Of a stretch of 64,000 nt of DNA, positions 51,623-62,326 are shown in pieces. The notes under the pieces are model-generated. The model had not been told where the DNA came from, made no database searches, and saw only the letters and a list, made by a program, of their open reading frames with translations. Position 1 is the first letter of the stretch, and every line of letters starts with the position of its first letter. Where the stretch lies: assembly GCA_030264375.1 (NCBI GenBank), contig JASCQW010000175.1, positions 8,801,950 to 8,865,949 of the forward strand, in the 5' to 3' direction. The DNA is from Carcharhinus longimanus. Taxonomy: Eukaryota. The position numbers were made by a program, and so were the translations under genes.

Positions 51623-54600
51623 CTAAAAAAAAAACTTGCTCATGGCTTCATAGCAGCCTCCCAATACCCCCTCCCCCACACTCACCCCCCAGGAGTTTCA
51701 AGTAGGTAGAAATTCAAATCTAGTTTTGAATAGCCCATTAAAGACAAAAAATAAATGAGGTATTTTAGATGTTCAAACACAAAAATAGTTAGAAACTGTC
51801 GACAATAAGATCCTTCACTAAGAACACAGAACATCACTCCACATAAGCATTACACAATTAGCAGCTCTCTGAATGATAAACAGTCAGATTACAAAGAGAG
51901 ATCCTCCTGCACACAGCATTGTGTGTGAAAGAAACTGGATTAGGAAAATCAGGTAGTGAAAGGGGATATCTGAGGTTCTAAGCAATCTCTGATCACATGA
52001 TTCCAGCTGCTGAGCTCTTTGCATAATGGAGGATGCCAGAGTCCCAGCAGAATGCACAAAATGGCTCCCTTGCCTGCTGCTATTTCAGGAGCTCACATCA
52101 GTGGCAACTGGCCAAACCATTCAATTTATTTCAAGTTACTCCTGGATCTTATTTATCATTTTGGAAAAAATACTACTACCAGAACACTGCTGTTCCAAAA
52201 ACCATTGTAGTGTTTGTGTCAAAAACAACAAACTGAATGCACTAAAATGTATACTTAACATATTAACCCATTTTCCACAAAATGTCAGTGGAGATAGCGC
52301 AGCAGGATAAGCTCTGTATCACACTGACGGAGAATTAAAATATTCTGGCTGCTATCCATTATTCAATAACTGGGTTTATTTTAGAAAATCTCTGTGCTAA
52401 GAATCAGCAGTTTTAACTGCACAAAAAAGGGTTTAAAATATCATATGCTCCGCATCCAACAATTTACATTAGGAGTCAATGCACAATGGCACAGGTGTTA
52501 AATAAGATGTCTAGATGAATTTAATATTTAAAAATAGTTCTCTCTTACCTGGATTAAAAAAAAGCTGATGTAAATTCTGAAGTACTCAAACCCAACACAA
52601 GGGATTACAGGAACAACATTACCCCATGTGCTCAACCAGAGTCACCAGCAACTAGTTTCTACATGGCATATCCAAATATCAATCCAAGAGACGCATAGTT
52701 CTTAAATTTAGTACAATTAAGATTAAAATAACAGATCTTATACACCACTATACTACACATCCACTTTCCTGATTATATGAGTTGAGTGTACCATTTGCAT
52801 AATTTAAGTGGAGTTCAGCCCTAGGGGTGGTTGGCAAAAGCAGGAAAAGCATTGAAAAGTTCTGCGTTCCAAAGCAGTATAATTCAAAACACTGTAAAAA
52901 AGTTCCCAATTGCACCATGATCAATATTAAAAAAGGTGCTTCTGCATTGCATGAAACCCACCATGTTAGTGCACTTGATTCTAGGAACTTGGGTTTTGTG
53001 CAGTAGGCCACTGAGAATTGCCAAGATTGAAGATCTGTTTTAAAACAGGTTCTTCAAGATATTAGTTTTAGTTGGTCTCCACTGTTTTATGACTGGTAGC
53101 TTGCTTCTTGAGCACTAGAGTTCAGGATCCACCAACACAGGGATCTTCTAATTCATTTTGGGGATCGTGAGTCACTTTTAAATGCAAACGAAATGGTGTT
53201 AACAATGGAAAACATCTTTGCGTGCATGTTCTTCATGAGAAGCTGGGTTGGGATGGGAGGGGCAGGAAGGGAGGGAACAGACACTGATCTAGCACATAAT
53301 TCAAGGCATTCCTCATAAACAGGTTGGTTAAATCAGGATGCTGGCTTGAGCAAGTCATGCTGAGTATTTATCTTTTTCATCTACAGATTTTTGTTATCTG
53401 ATCTTAAAGATTTAATACCTTACTTACTACTGGCATTATGCTAATTGCTGTACAATTCCCTGGATTGCCATTTTGGCACTATTCCTTTTCACTGTAGGAA
53501 TAAAACCTTATTGATATAAGTACCTCCCCTGTTTGAGTAGCCCAATTTTACATAGTCTTAAATGCATCACATTGTAGAGAACTCCTGATTTGCAGGACTT
53601 ATTTATAAATAGTAAGCCTTTCAGACCAAGGTTTGATGGTGATCTGGGTTGCAGTTAAGGTCCTACTGACAAAAAGCAGCAGTCGTTCCTACTTGCAATT
53701 ACTACACAGTGACTCTTCCTGAAAGATCACAATTTTGGCTGATGTTGAGCAAACTTGTTTACACCATTTTGACTCCTGTAACTGCCACCATGAGGTACAG
53801 GAGGGCAGCTAGCATCAGAACTGTTCTGAAGGCAACTTACTGCTGGAGTAAAAAGGAGAGTTGAGGAAAAACTAGCCTAAGTTCCTGCTTATCACTGCTG
53901 TCCAAAGACCACTATAGCAAAATGCAACACAGATAATGAACAAAAAACAGGATCATATTTGTTTGTCTCCTAATAGTCTATTAATCACTGTCCCCATTCC
54001 CAGCTGATGAATGCCTTGTCCCAACTGGTGAATTATGACTTGGTTAATTGCTAGAAGCTAGCATTCCTAGGACCACAACCAACAGTTATCATCAACAAGG
54101 AAAGAAAACAACTGGTACTATATCAATCACTGCAATACCTTAGCAAAAAATTTGAAAGATTCAAAGAGACTGGCTGGTTTTAGTGACTTCCACTGGCTCT
54201 ACCAAAATACAACTGCAATACTGAAAAAAAAATCCAAAATAGTGCCTGATTACATGTAAAAGGACTGGAGATACGCACGATTAAACAAACAGAGAGATCA
54301 TTTAAATAGCAAGAAGAATGATCAGCTGACCTATCTTCTGGTGATATTTGCCGAGGTAGTTGTATCACCCGGGATAACTACCTGTCCTTCCAAAGAAGGC
54401 CATGAAATCTCAAGTTCACCCAAATGAGGGCAGCAACACAAGTGAATCACTTTAACAATGCAGCACTTCCTTAGCACTGCAGCCAGTTTACCTCTGGTGT
54501 TCAAAGCCTGAAGTATAGCTTCAAATAAACATCCTACTGACTCCCAGGGGTGAAAATATTATCAACTGATATAGTGGAATGTGCAAGGGAGTTTGGAAAA

Positions 54601-56600
54601 ATGAATATAGCTGATGTACAAATCTGCAGGGAATCCTTTATCCATAAATCTGAAAACTGAACATATACTAAAATCACTTATTTTAACCTCAAGTAACACC
54701 AAAAGTATATAACACTTCATATTATTCAATTCTGAACAATTACTTTCCATGGTTTTTGTTTTAAAAATGGAGTGCGTTATGAAGAACTCCATTCAACACC
54801 ATTGGAAAGCAACAAGAAAAATGACCATTCAGCCAATGCAACTCACTCAATCAAGCGTACAATTCATTTACTAAGACTCCAATTGCCCTTCACAATGACT
54901 GGATTTAATATTGCTGCATAAAATCAGGTCTAAAATGTTACTCAACATTTTCTATGAAACTTCAGAAAACTATCTGGAGGCAATTCTGAAAATTGAGGGG
55001 AGAAATTTAAATCATGAGATTTGTTGTTCCAGATTTCATTCAAAGTTTGAATGTTCAACAAAGTTATACCCCACCTCAGAGCAATTAGCCTTCAGAGCTG
55101 ACTGCAAATCAAAGCATCTCTTCAGGTGAAGAAGCTCCTAAAATCTCACTTTATTCACACAAGTTTCAACCAAACGTTTTTGTTATGGGCATTCTTTCAA
55201 AGATAGTCCAATTAACTAATTTCATATCACAAGTCAAATCAAAAGTAATTCTGCAATGCATGCATCATTACAAAGAAAACTGCAAGCAATCGTGGCAGGG
55301 GAAGCTCTGTGTTATACAAAATTAATTATCTTTCCCAAGGTTGGAGCAGCAGTTCCCCTGTGATGAAAAACTGTTACAATGGGAACATTTGGTGCTTTAA
55401 TGTTGCAATAAAAGTGTTACAAATTAAAAAAGAGGCAGTTGGTTCTCAGTAGAATCACTATCCTAATACTCCAGCCGAGCCTGTGGAGATTTTTCTCCTG
55501 TCTATTATAGTTGAAGGAAAACTATCAAAATATGTCAGCTGGTGAAAGTTTGTTTGGGATGTGTGACTTTTCTATGGTGGCAGTTGAGCCATTGGGACAG
55601 TTTCCTCTCTGCACCCAGTCCTTGGACACATCCTACATGTGAACTTCACAGCTGACATCATTGCGATGGAACATTCATCACTGATTACCATCCAATCAGG
55701 CAACCTCGGAATAAAATTAATATTTAACTTAAATGCAGAACATATGAACTTGGAACCGATCGTTAAATTATAATACAAAAATGTGAAATCTTAGATTTCT
55801 TGTTGGGTTGCTTGAGATCAGGATCATGAAATACTTGTGTGTGGAGTTACAATGCCGTTGCTGGAATTTCCACAAAAACAGGATATTCAGTGAGATATTC
55901 TCAACCAAAATAATTAAGAAATCCAGCTCAATTAGAGGTTGTCGTTCCAAGTTTTTGTTTGATCAAAGAAATTTTTGAATCATTTATACATAACATTATA
56001 GCAATGATATGAATAAGGGTGAGAATTTCCAAATATAATTAATGAAACAGCATGTTGGCCTAAATGGATTTTTCCTCCGTTGGTAATGCACTATTGCATC
56101 TTCTAACAGCAATTGCTAAGTTATTTTCATTATATGGCTCTTTATAGGGAAAAAGCAAAAAGATCAGATCAGCATTATACCTCCTCCACAATAATTCATC
56201 CAAAACTAATAGTTGGAAAAGTCATATCATACAAATGTATTTCAAGTGTACTTATGAGCATTCTGTATAGACTTTGAAATCATTGTGCCTTAAATATCAA
56301 CTGTACACAAAACTACAAATATACTTCAGTATTTATGCCAAAGGAAGTGACATGCCCACAATGCTGGTTTCTTGTCAAATACATTGTTGCTCTTCTTTTT
56401 GCATGATTTTAAACAGCCACTGCAGTCAATCCCATGGCAGGAAGAGGGAGAAAGAGGATGGAGGAAATCTAGAAACAGTGGCCTTAAAGACATCTGCCTC
56501 CTCAGCAGTTATACGTTCATTCCTCCATTCTGATTACATCAGGGCCTTATTCTGGAGTGTGTGCTCAGTCTTTTGCCCAAAGTAATAACCAACACCTCCA

Positions 56601-56690
56601 AGTTCTGACGAAAGGGTCAACGTTAACTGTTTCTCTCTGCAGATGCTGCCAGACCTGCTGACTATCCCCAGTATTTTACTTTTATTACAA
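56601..56690 (+). mobile_element. Penelope-type short repeat with partly deleted hammerhead
   Basis: AGTTCTGACGAAAGGGTC-AACGTTAACTGTTTCTCTCTGCAGATGCTGCCAGACCTGCTGA; same family as 60050-60149. Confidence 0.6.
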
Positions 56691-57067
56691 GGAAAGTCCA
56701 GAGAGAAAGCGGTTTGTGGTGGGTGAACCTTTTCTACTGAGCTTGGTCACTCAGAAAAAAGATGAACTGTTGTCTGGAGGTCTGGGTTATGAAGAAATGC
56801 TGCAGAAATTTGGTTGTGATGAAGGACAGAACTGATAGTAGTATATTAAATAATTAAAAACCACGAAGAGTGAAGAGGGTACAGATTTTAAACAGTGAAA
56901 CACTAAATTCCTAAATGATAAATAGTCATGCAGCACAGAAAAGGCCCTTCAGCTCATCGAGTCTATACCAATAATAACTATCACTAAAGTTGCATTAATC
57001 CCACTGCCACAGAATGGACTTTGATTTACGAACCAATTTAAGGGTCATTCTTGGCGGATGAATTACA

Positions 57068-58990
57068 AGCAAAGAACAAAGTACAGCACAGGAACAGGCC
57101 CTCATAGCCTGTGCCAATCATGATGCCCTAACTTTTAAAAACCCTTGGTCCGCATCCCTCTACTCATGTACCTAGCTAATGTACCTGCTTCCACCACATT
57201 GTCTGGCAGACACCCACCACTGTGTGAAACACTTCCTCCGCACATCTCCCTTAAACTTTCCCCTTCTTACCTTGAACCTGTCTCCCTTGTAATTGACACT
57301 TCCATCCTGGGAAAAAGCCGTTGACTATTCACCCTGTCTATGCCTCTCAATTTTGTAGAGCTCTATCAGGTCTTCCCTCATCCTCCGTCTTTCTAGTGAA
57401 AACAATCCTAGTTTGTTCAACCTCTACTCATAGCCAACACCCTCGAGACCATGCAACATTCTTGTGAAACTTCTTTGTGCTTTCTCTAAAGCTTCCACGT
57501 CCTTCTGGTGGTGTGGTGACCAGAACGGCAAGCAATACTCCAAATGCGGCCTAACCAAGGTTTCATAAAGATGCAATATCATTTCCCAACTCTTGTACTC
57601 AGTGCCCCAGCTGATGAAGTCAAGCATGCCACATGTTACTACTTTTAGAGAACTGGAGACGTGCACACCCAGATCCCTCTGTATGTTAATATTCTTAAGG
57701 ATTCTGCCATTTACAGTATAATTCACACTTACATTTGATCTTCCAAAGTGCATCGTCTCACATTTGTCTGGGTTAAACTCCATCTACCATTTCTGTGCCC
57801 AAGTCTCCAATCTATTTATATCCTGTTGTATCCTCTGATAATTCCCTGACACTATCAGCAACTTCACCAATCTTCGTGTCATCTGCAAACTTACTAATCA
57901 GACCACCCACAATTTCTTCCAGATCATTTACATATACCACAGAGATCCCAACACTGAGCTACAGATCTCCATTCTGAAAAACATCCTTCCACTGTTATTC
58001 TCGTCTTCTATACCCAAGCCAGTTCTGTATCCATCTAGCCAGCCAACCTGAATCCCATGTGCTTTTAATTTTTGTAACAGTCTGCCACATGGGATCTTGT
58101 CAAACACCTTACTAAAGTCCAAATAAACCACATCCACAGCCCTTCCTTTATTATCTGTCACCTCTTCAAAAATCTCAATCAAGTTAGTGACACATAACCT
58201 TTCCCATACAAAACCATGCTTCCTGTCACTACTAACTAGTTCATTTTCTTCCCAGTGTGCATATACCCTATCCCTCAGTATCTTCTCCAAAAGCTTCCCC
58301 ACCACTGACATCAGGTTTGCTGGCCTATAATTTCCTGGATTATCCCTGCTTCCTTTCTTAAACAAGGGAACAACACTGGCTATTCTCCAGTCCTCTGGAA
58401 CCTTGCCTGTGGTCAAAGAGGATGTGAAGATATCTGTTAAATTCCAACTATTTCCTCCCTTGCCTCCTGCAGTAACCTGGGATATATCCCATCTGGCTTT
58501 GGGGACTTGTCTACCTTAATGCAATTTAAGATACTCAACACTTCCTCCTTCGATATATTGACATTCTCTAGAGTGTTCACACACCTGTCCCTGACCTCAA
58601 CATCCATCATGTCCTTCTCCTTGATGAATATCAATACAAAGTACTCATTAAGGATATCACCCACTCCTGTGGCTCCACACATAACTTCACTCCATTGTCC
58701 CTTGAGTGAGCCTACTCTTTCTCTTGCTCCAAATATATGCATAAAATGCTTTAGGATTCTCCTTGACCCTGTTTGCTAAAGACATTTCATGGCCTATTTT
58801 AGCCCTTCTAATTCCATGTTTCAGTACCTTCCTACTTTCACTATACTCCTCAAGGGCCTTGTCAGTTTTGAGATGCCTAGACCAGTCGTATGCTTCCTTT
58901 TCCTTTTGACCAAGTTGACAATTTCCCTTGTCATCTATAGTTCCCGAATCCTGCCATTTCCATCTTCATTTTTGTGGGGACGTGCCTGTC
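57068..58990 (-). mobile_element. 5'-truncated CR1/HER1 LINE with frameshifted ORF2 (RT)
   Basis: ORFs 58437-58742, 57928-58416 and 57424-57783: KSPKPDGIYPRLL, VPEDWRIASVVPLFKKG, PGNYRP, VDVVYLDFSKVFDKIP, FNPDKC, LVRPHLEYC; 3' tail near 57070. Confidence 0.92.
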
Positions 58991-59185
58991 CTGACAAAAC
59001 TGTGTGGCTTGAATGTGGTGCGAATGTTACTTGCCACTTATCAGCCCAAGCCTGAATATTGTCCAGATCTTGTTGCATTTCAAAATAGACTGCTTCAGTA
59101 TCTGAGGAGTTGTGAAAAGTGCTGAATATTGTGCAAATCATCAGTGAATATCCCCACTTCTGGAATCCCCACTTCTGGGTTGTTG

Positions 59186-59236
59186 GGTGGTGGGTATTCA
59201 GAGGTGGTGGGTATTCAGAGGTGGTGGGTATTCAGG
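59186..59236 (+). repeat. 17-bp tandem repeat x3 (GGTGGTGGGTATTCAGA) in a G-rich tract
   Basis: Direct reading; preceded by a duplicated ATCCCCACTTCTGG. Confidence 0.9.
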
Positions 59237-59519
59237 GCAGTGGTGGGTAGTTGAGCTGAGTGATTTGGTGTGGATAGTCAGGATGTGATGGGTGGTCTAG
59301 GTGGCCATTTGGGGGGTAGTGTAGTCAGGGGGTGGGGGTAGTTTATTCATTCACGTGGAGTTGGTTAGACTATTTATTGCCCATTGCTAATTGCCTTCGA
59401 GAAGTTGGTGGCAAGCTGCCCTCTTGAACCGCTGTGGTCCAGTTGTTGAAAGAACACCCACAATGGGAGTCCCAGGATTGTGACTCAGCAACAATGAAGG
59501 AATGGCTAAATATTTCCAA

Positions 59520-59636
59520 ATGAAATATGAGAACCTTCCACACACCTGACAAAGGAACACGGTTTCTGAAAGCTTGAGAGATTACTATCAAATAAACTGG
59601 TTGGACTCTAACCTGGTGTTGTGAGACTCCTTACTG
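59520..59636 (+). mobile_element. Second copy of the 14085-14186 hammerhead element, with 13-bp TSD
   Basis: CACCTGACAAAGG..GAAAGCTTG..ACTATCAAATAAA..GTTGGACT..AACCTGGTGTTGT; TAAATATTTCCAA at 59507-59519 and 59637-59649. Confidence 0.75.
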
Positions 59637-60049
59637 TAAATATTTCCAAGTCAGGATATGTGCGGCTTGGAGGGGCACTTGAAGGTAGGTCCTTGTCCTT
59701 CTAGGGTGGTGGGTTTAGAAATTGCTGTCAAACGCACCTTGGTGAGTTGCTGTCATGCATCTTGTAGATGGTACACATTGCTGCCATTGTGTGGGGGTTG
59801 ATGGAAATGGTGTACATTGAAGATGGTGGAAGGGGTGCCAATCAAGCAGACTGCCTCATAATATGACACTTGGAGTGCCTTTGTCCCGTTGTAAGGTTAT
59901 TCCTCCTTGGTCTGGGGTCTACCGCCAGAGGAAATCGTTTTAATCATTTTAAACTCCCCAATTTGATCTTCTATGTTGAAGGGAACGCGAGCTTAGCTTT
60001 GTGCCACTTGTCTTCATAAATAATTTTTTTTAGCCCAGGTATCATTCTC

Positions 60050-60149
60050 CTGATGAAGAGCCACCCGGACTCGAAACGTTATCTCTGTTTCTCTCCCCAC
60101 ACATCTGTCAGACCTGCTGAGATTTTCCAGCATCCGCAGTATTTTGCCT
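60050..60149 (+). mobile_element. Penelope-type short repeat with hammerhead core, about 15-bp TSD
   Basis: CTGATGA-AGAGCC-ACCC-GGACTC-GAAA-CGTT; GTATCATTCTCCTGA (60039-60053) vs GTATCATTCCCCTGA (60150-60164). Confidence 0.7.
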
Positions 60150-61769
60150 GTATCATTCCCCTGACTCTGCACTGTACTCTCTCCGTTGTGCTGAGATTAT
60201 TCCAGAATGAGTTTAAAAAGCTAAGGACTGTCCCTGCCGGATCACTTTATTGTAAAGACAGCATCGGACCGTTTCTTTGAAGGTTATGCAGAAATTTCCA
60301 GCGGGTTCAGCTTCTCACGCCTGTTTATATTAATGGAAATGGAAATGAGCCAACCCATTAGACTCGCCTGCACCTTCCTCGGCAGCTTACTACCGGGGTG
60401 ACATTTCAAAAAAGAGGCAACATCCCTATATATAGGGATGGCAGATGAAGACAGGATTGAGGCTGTGTATGATGTCTCATATAGTTGAAGGTCTGTCATC
60501 ACCTGAGGTGAATGTCTGCACCATCTTCAGAAGAGTGGAGGGTAGTTGTAAACTCATGGGATACCTGTATGTTGTTTCTCCTGTGTAGGTTTGATTCTAA
60601 GAGTAGGAAATACTTCACTGATTTAAGCACAGGATTGAAAAAAGGTACTGTAAAAAAGTTTACACAATACTACCCAACCTGCAATTTCTGCAAACATTCT
60701 GGCAAGAAGCAGTAATTATAGGGAGTCTTATTATGCTCTTGCACCTCACAGCTAATCGATTAACCTTAAAGTGTAATGACAATTGATGCACAGCACGATC
60801 CCACAAGCAGCGAGTGAAAGGAGTACCCAGTTGAAATTCTGGCTGAGAGGAGAATATTGTTCAGGGCTCCGGCGCTAATCTTCGTTCTTTCCCCAGTACT
60901 GTCGGGTCGATGTAAAGAGTCATTTTCTTTCCCCCAGTGAACAGTGATCACAAAATCAGAGCTACACATTCAGGAGTGACACTTTCTCCTCGCAGAGATT
61001 CGGAGGAATGCTCCACACCTTCAAATAACTGTGAATTCAGACAACTGCAGCTTTCAGAGCTGACCTTGTATTCATTGATGATTTCGACGGATATGGGGCA
61101 AAGGACACACCCACTGGGTGCTAACAGAAAGTTGGAAACAGGCTGAAGGGGCTGAATGGCCTGTTCCTGTTACTATTTCCAATGTGAGTGCCTAGCCTGG
61201 GGTGAGTCTAGGAGCTTCCTGCTAGGAAAACGCAGTCTCGGCACAGAGCTGGTGGCAGCCTGCAATGTGAGCTCAAATCCTTAGGGAATTACACTTATGG
61301 AATAGACATTCATTTAGACATATTCATTAAACTGCTCCTTATCGATTTAGCAATTACTAAGTAATAACCCGAGAAGTTGCGTTGGGAACCTTCTGATATA
61401 AGATTACTCACAAGATGAACCAATTTATAAGGACTGTGTATGGAGCCCAGAGCTGGCAGTTTATGTGAATGCAGAAATTCCAACTCAAACACCGTTTTCC
61501 GAGGGTGATATTCCTCAAGTGTAAGCCCTCTTGGCCACCCCGGGTTATATAGATTTGGGCTCAGGTACTTTCCTGAGCTGGGGCCAGCATAATAACATCC
61601 AACAGGTTGGAGCAGCTGCTTTTCCCTCCAGCTTGCCCGGGGCTGAGTTCACACTGCCCCCTCTTGTTGCCTGCCGGATGGGGGTGTGGGGGGGTGTGGT
61701 GTGGGCTGGTCTCTGACTGATCCCAGCCTATCCATTGCCAGCTTGTGTCTTTGCATCAAACCCTCCCCC

Positions 61770-61795
61770 AGCTCCCCCGCCACATATTAAAAGAA
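61770..61795 (+). promoter_or_regulatory. Putative core promoter of the tachykinin receptor (GC box + TATA-like)
   Basis: CCCCCGCC (61774-61781) followed by TATTAAAA (61785-61792), about 55 nt upstream of ATG 61848, in a GC-richer segment. Confidence 0.5.
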
Positions 61796-61847
61796 GCGGT
61801 GTGTGCTCTGGCGTTGGGAGTGCAACTTTCGCACTGGCTCCAGTGGC

Positions 61848-62326
61848 ATGGCCATCCCAGCGGGCAGGAGGACACTGGCCTGGACCCTGGGAGCTCAGGC
61901 AACCTTAGCCCAGAGGATGAGCACGCTAGCTCCCAACCACACCAGCATCTGGGCTAACCAGAGCCAGGCAGCTCCCTCCAACCAAACTCTGGGCAACTAC
62001 ACCAACCAGTTCGTGCAGCCGTCCTGGCAAATCGCCCTCTGGTCCATCGCCTATGGCTCAGTGGTGGCGGTGGCTGTCCTTGGCAACCTCATCGTTATCT
62101 GGATCATCCTGGCTCACAAGAGGATGAGGACGGTCACTAACTATTTCCTGGTTAACCTCGCTTTCTCGGACGCCTCCATGGCCGCCTTCAACACTTTAGT
62201 CAATTTCATTTACGCCCTTCACAACGACTGGTATTTCGGGGAGACTTACTGCCGTTTCCACAACTTCTTCCCCATCGCTGCGATGTTCGCCAGCATCTAC
62301 TCCATGGCAGCGATCGCTGTGGACAG
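61848..62326 (+). CDS. tacr3: Tachykinin receptor (neuromedin-K/NK3 receptor-like), coding exon 1 (N-terminus to end of TM3)
   Basis: Translation [108 protein letters not shown] is the tachykinin-receptor TM1-TM3 signature, closest to TACR3. Ends GACAG|GTAAGG, a phase-2 intron in the Arg of DRY as in vertebrate TACR genes. Four N-glycosylation sequons (NHT, NQS, NQT, NYT). ATG 61848 (GGCATGG) or 61917. TACR3 vs tacr3-like paralogue not resolved. Confidence 0.93.

Larger units (their letters stand above)
58990..59860 (-). mobile_element. CR1/L2-group LINE relics (same family as 14700-16100), interrupted by a G-rich repeat and a hammerhead element
   Basis: MQQDLDNIQAWADKWQVTFAP and the family 3' region. 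Confidence 0.7.

Noticed and set aside
61803-61847. ORF-track extension upstream of the receptor ATG
   Set aside because: Starts at GTG only about 10 nt after the TATA-like box, so probably upstream of the TSS or within the 5'UTR
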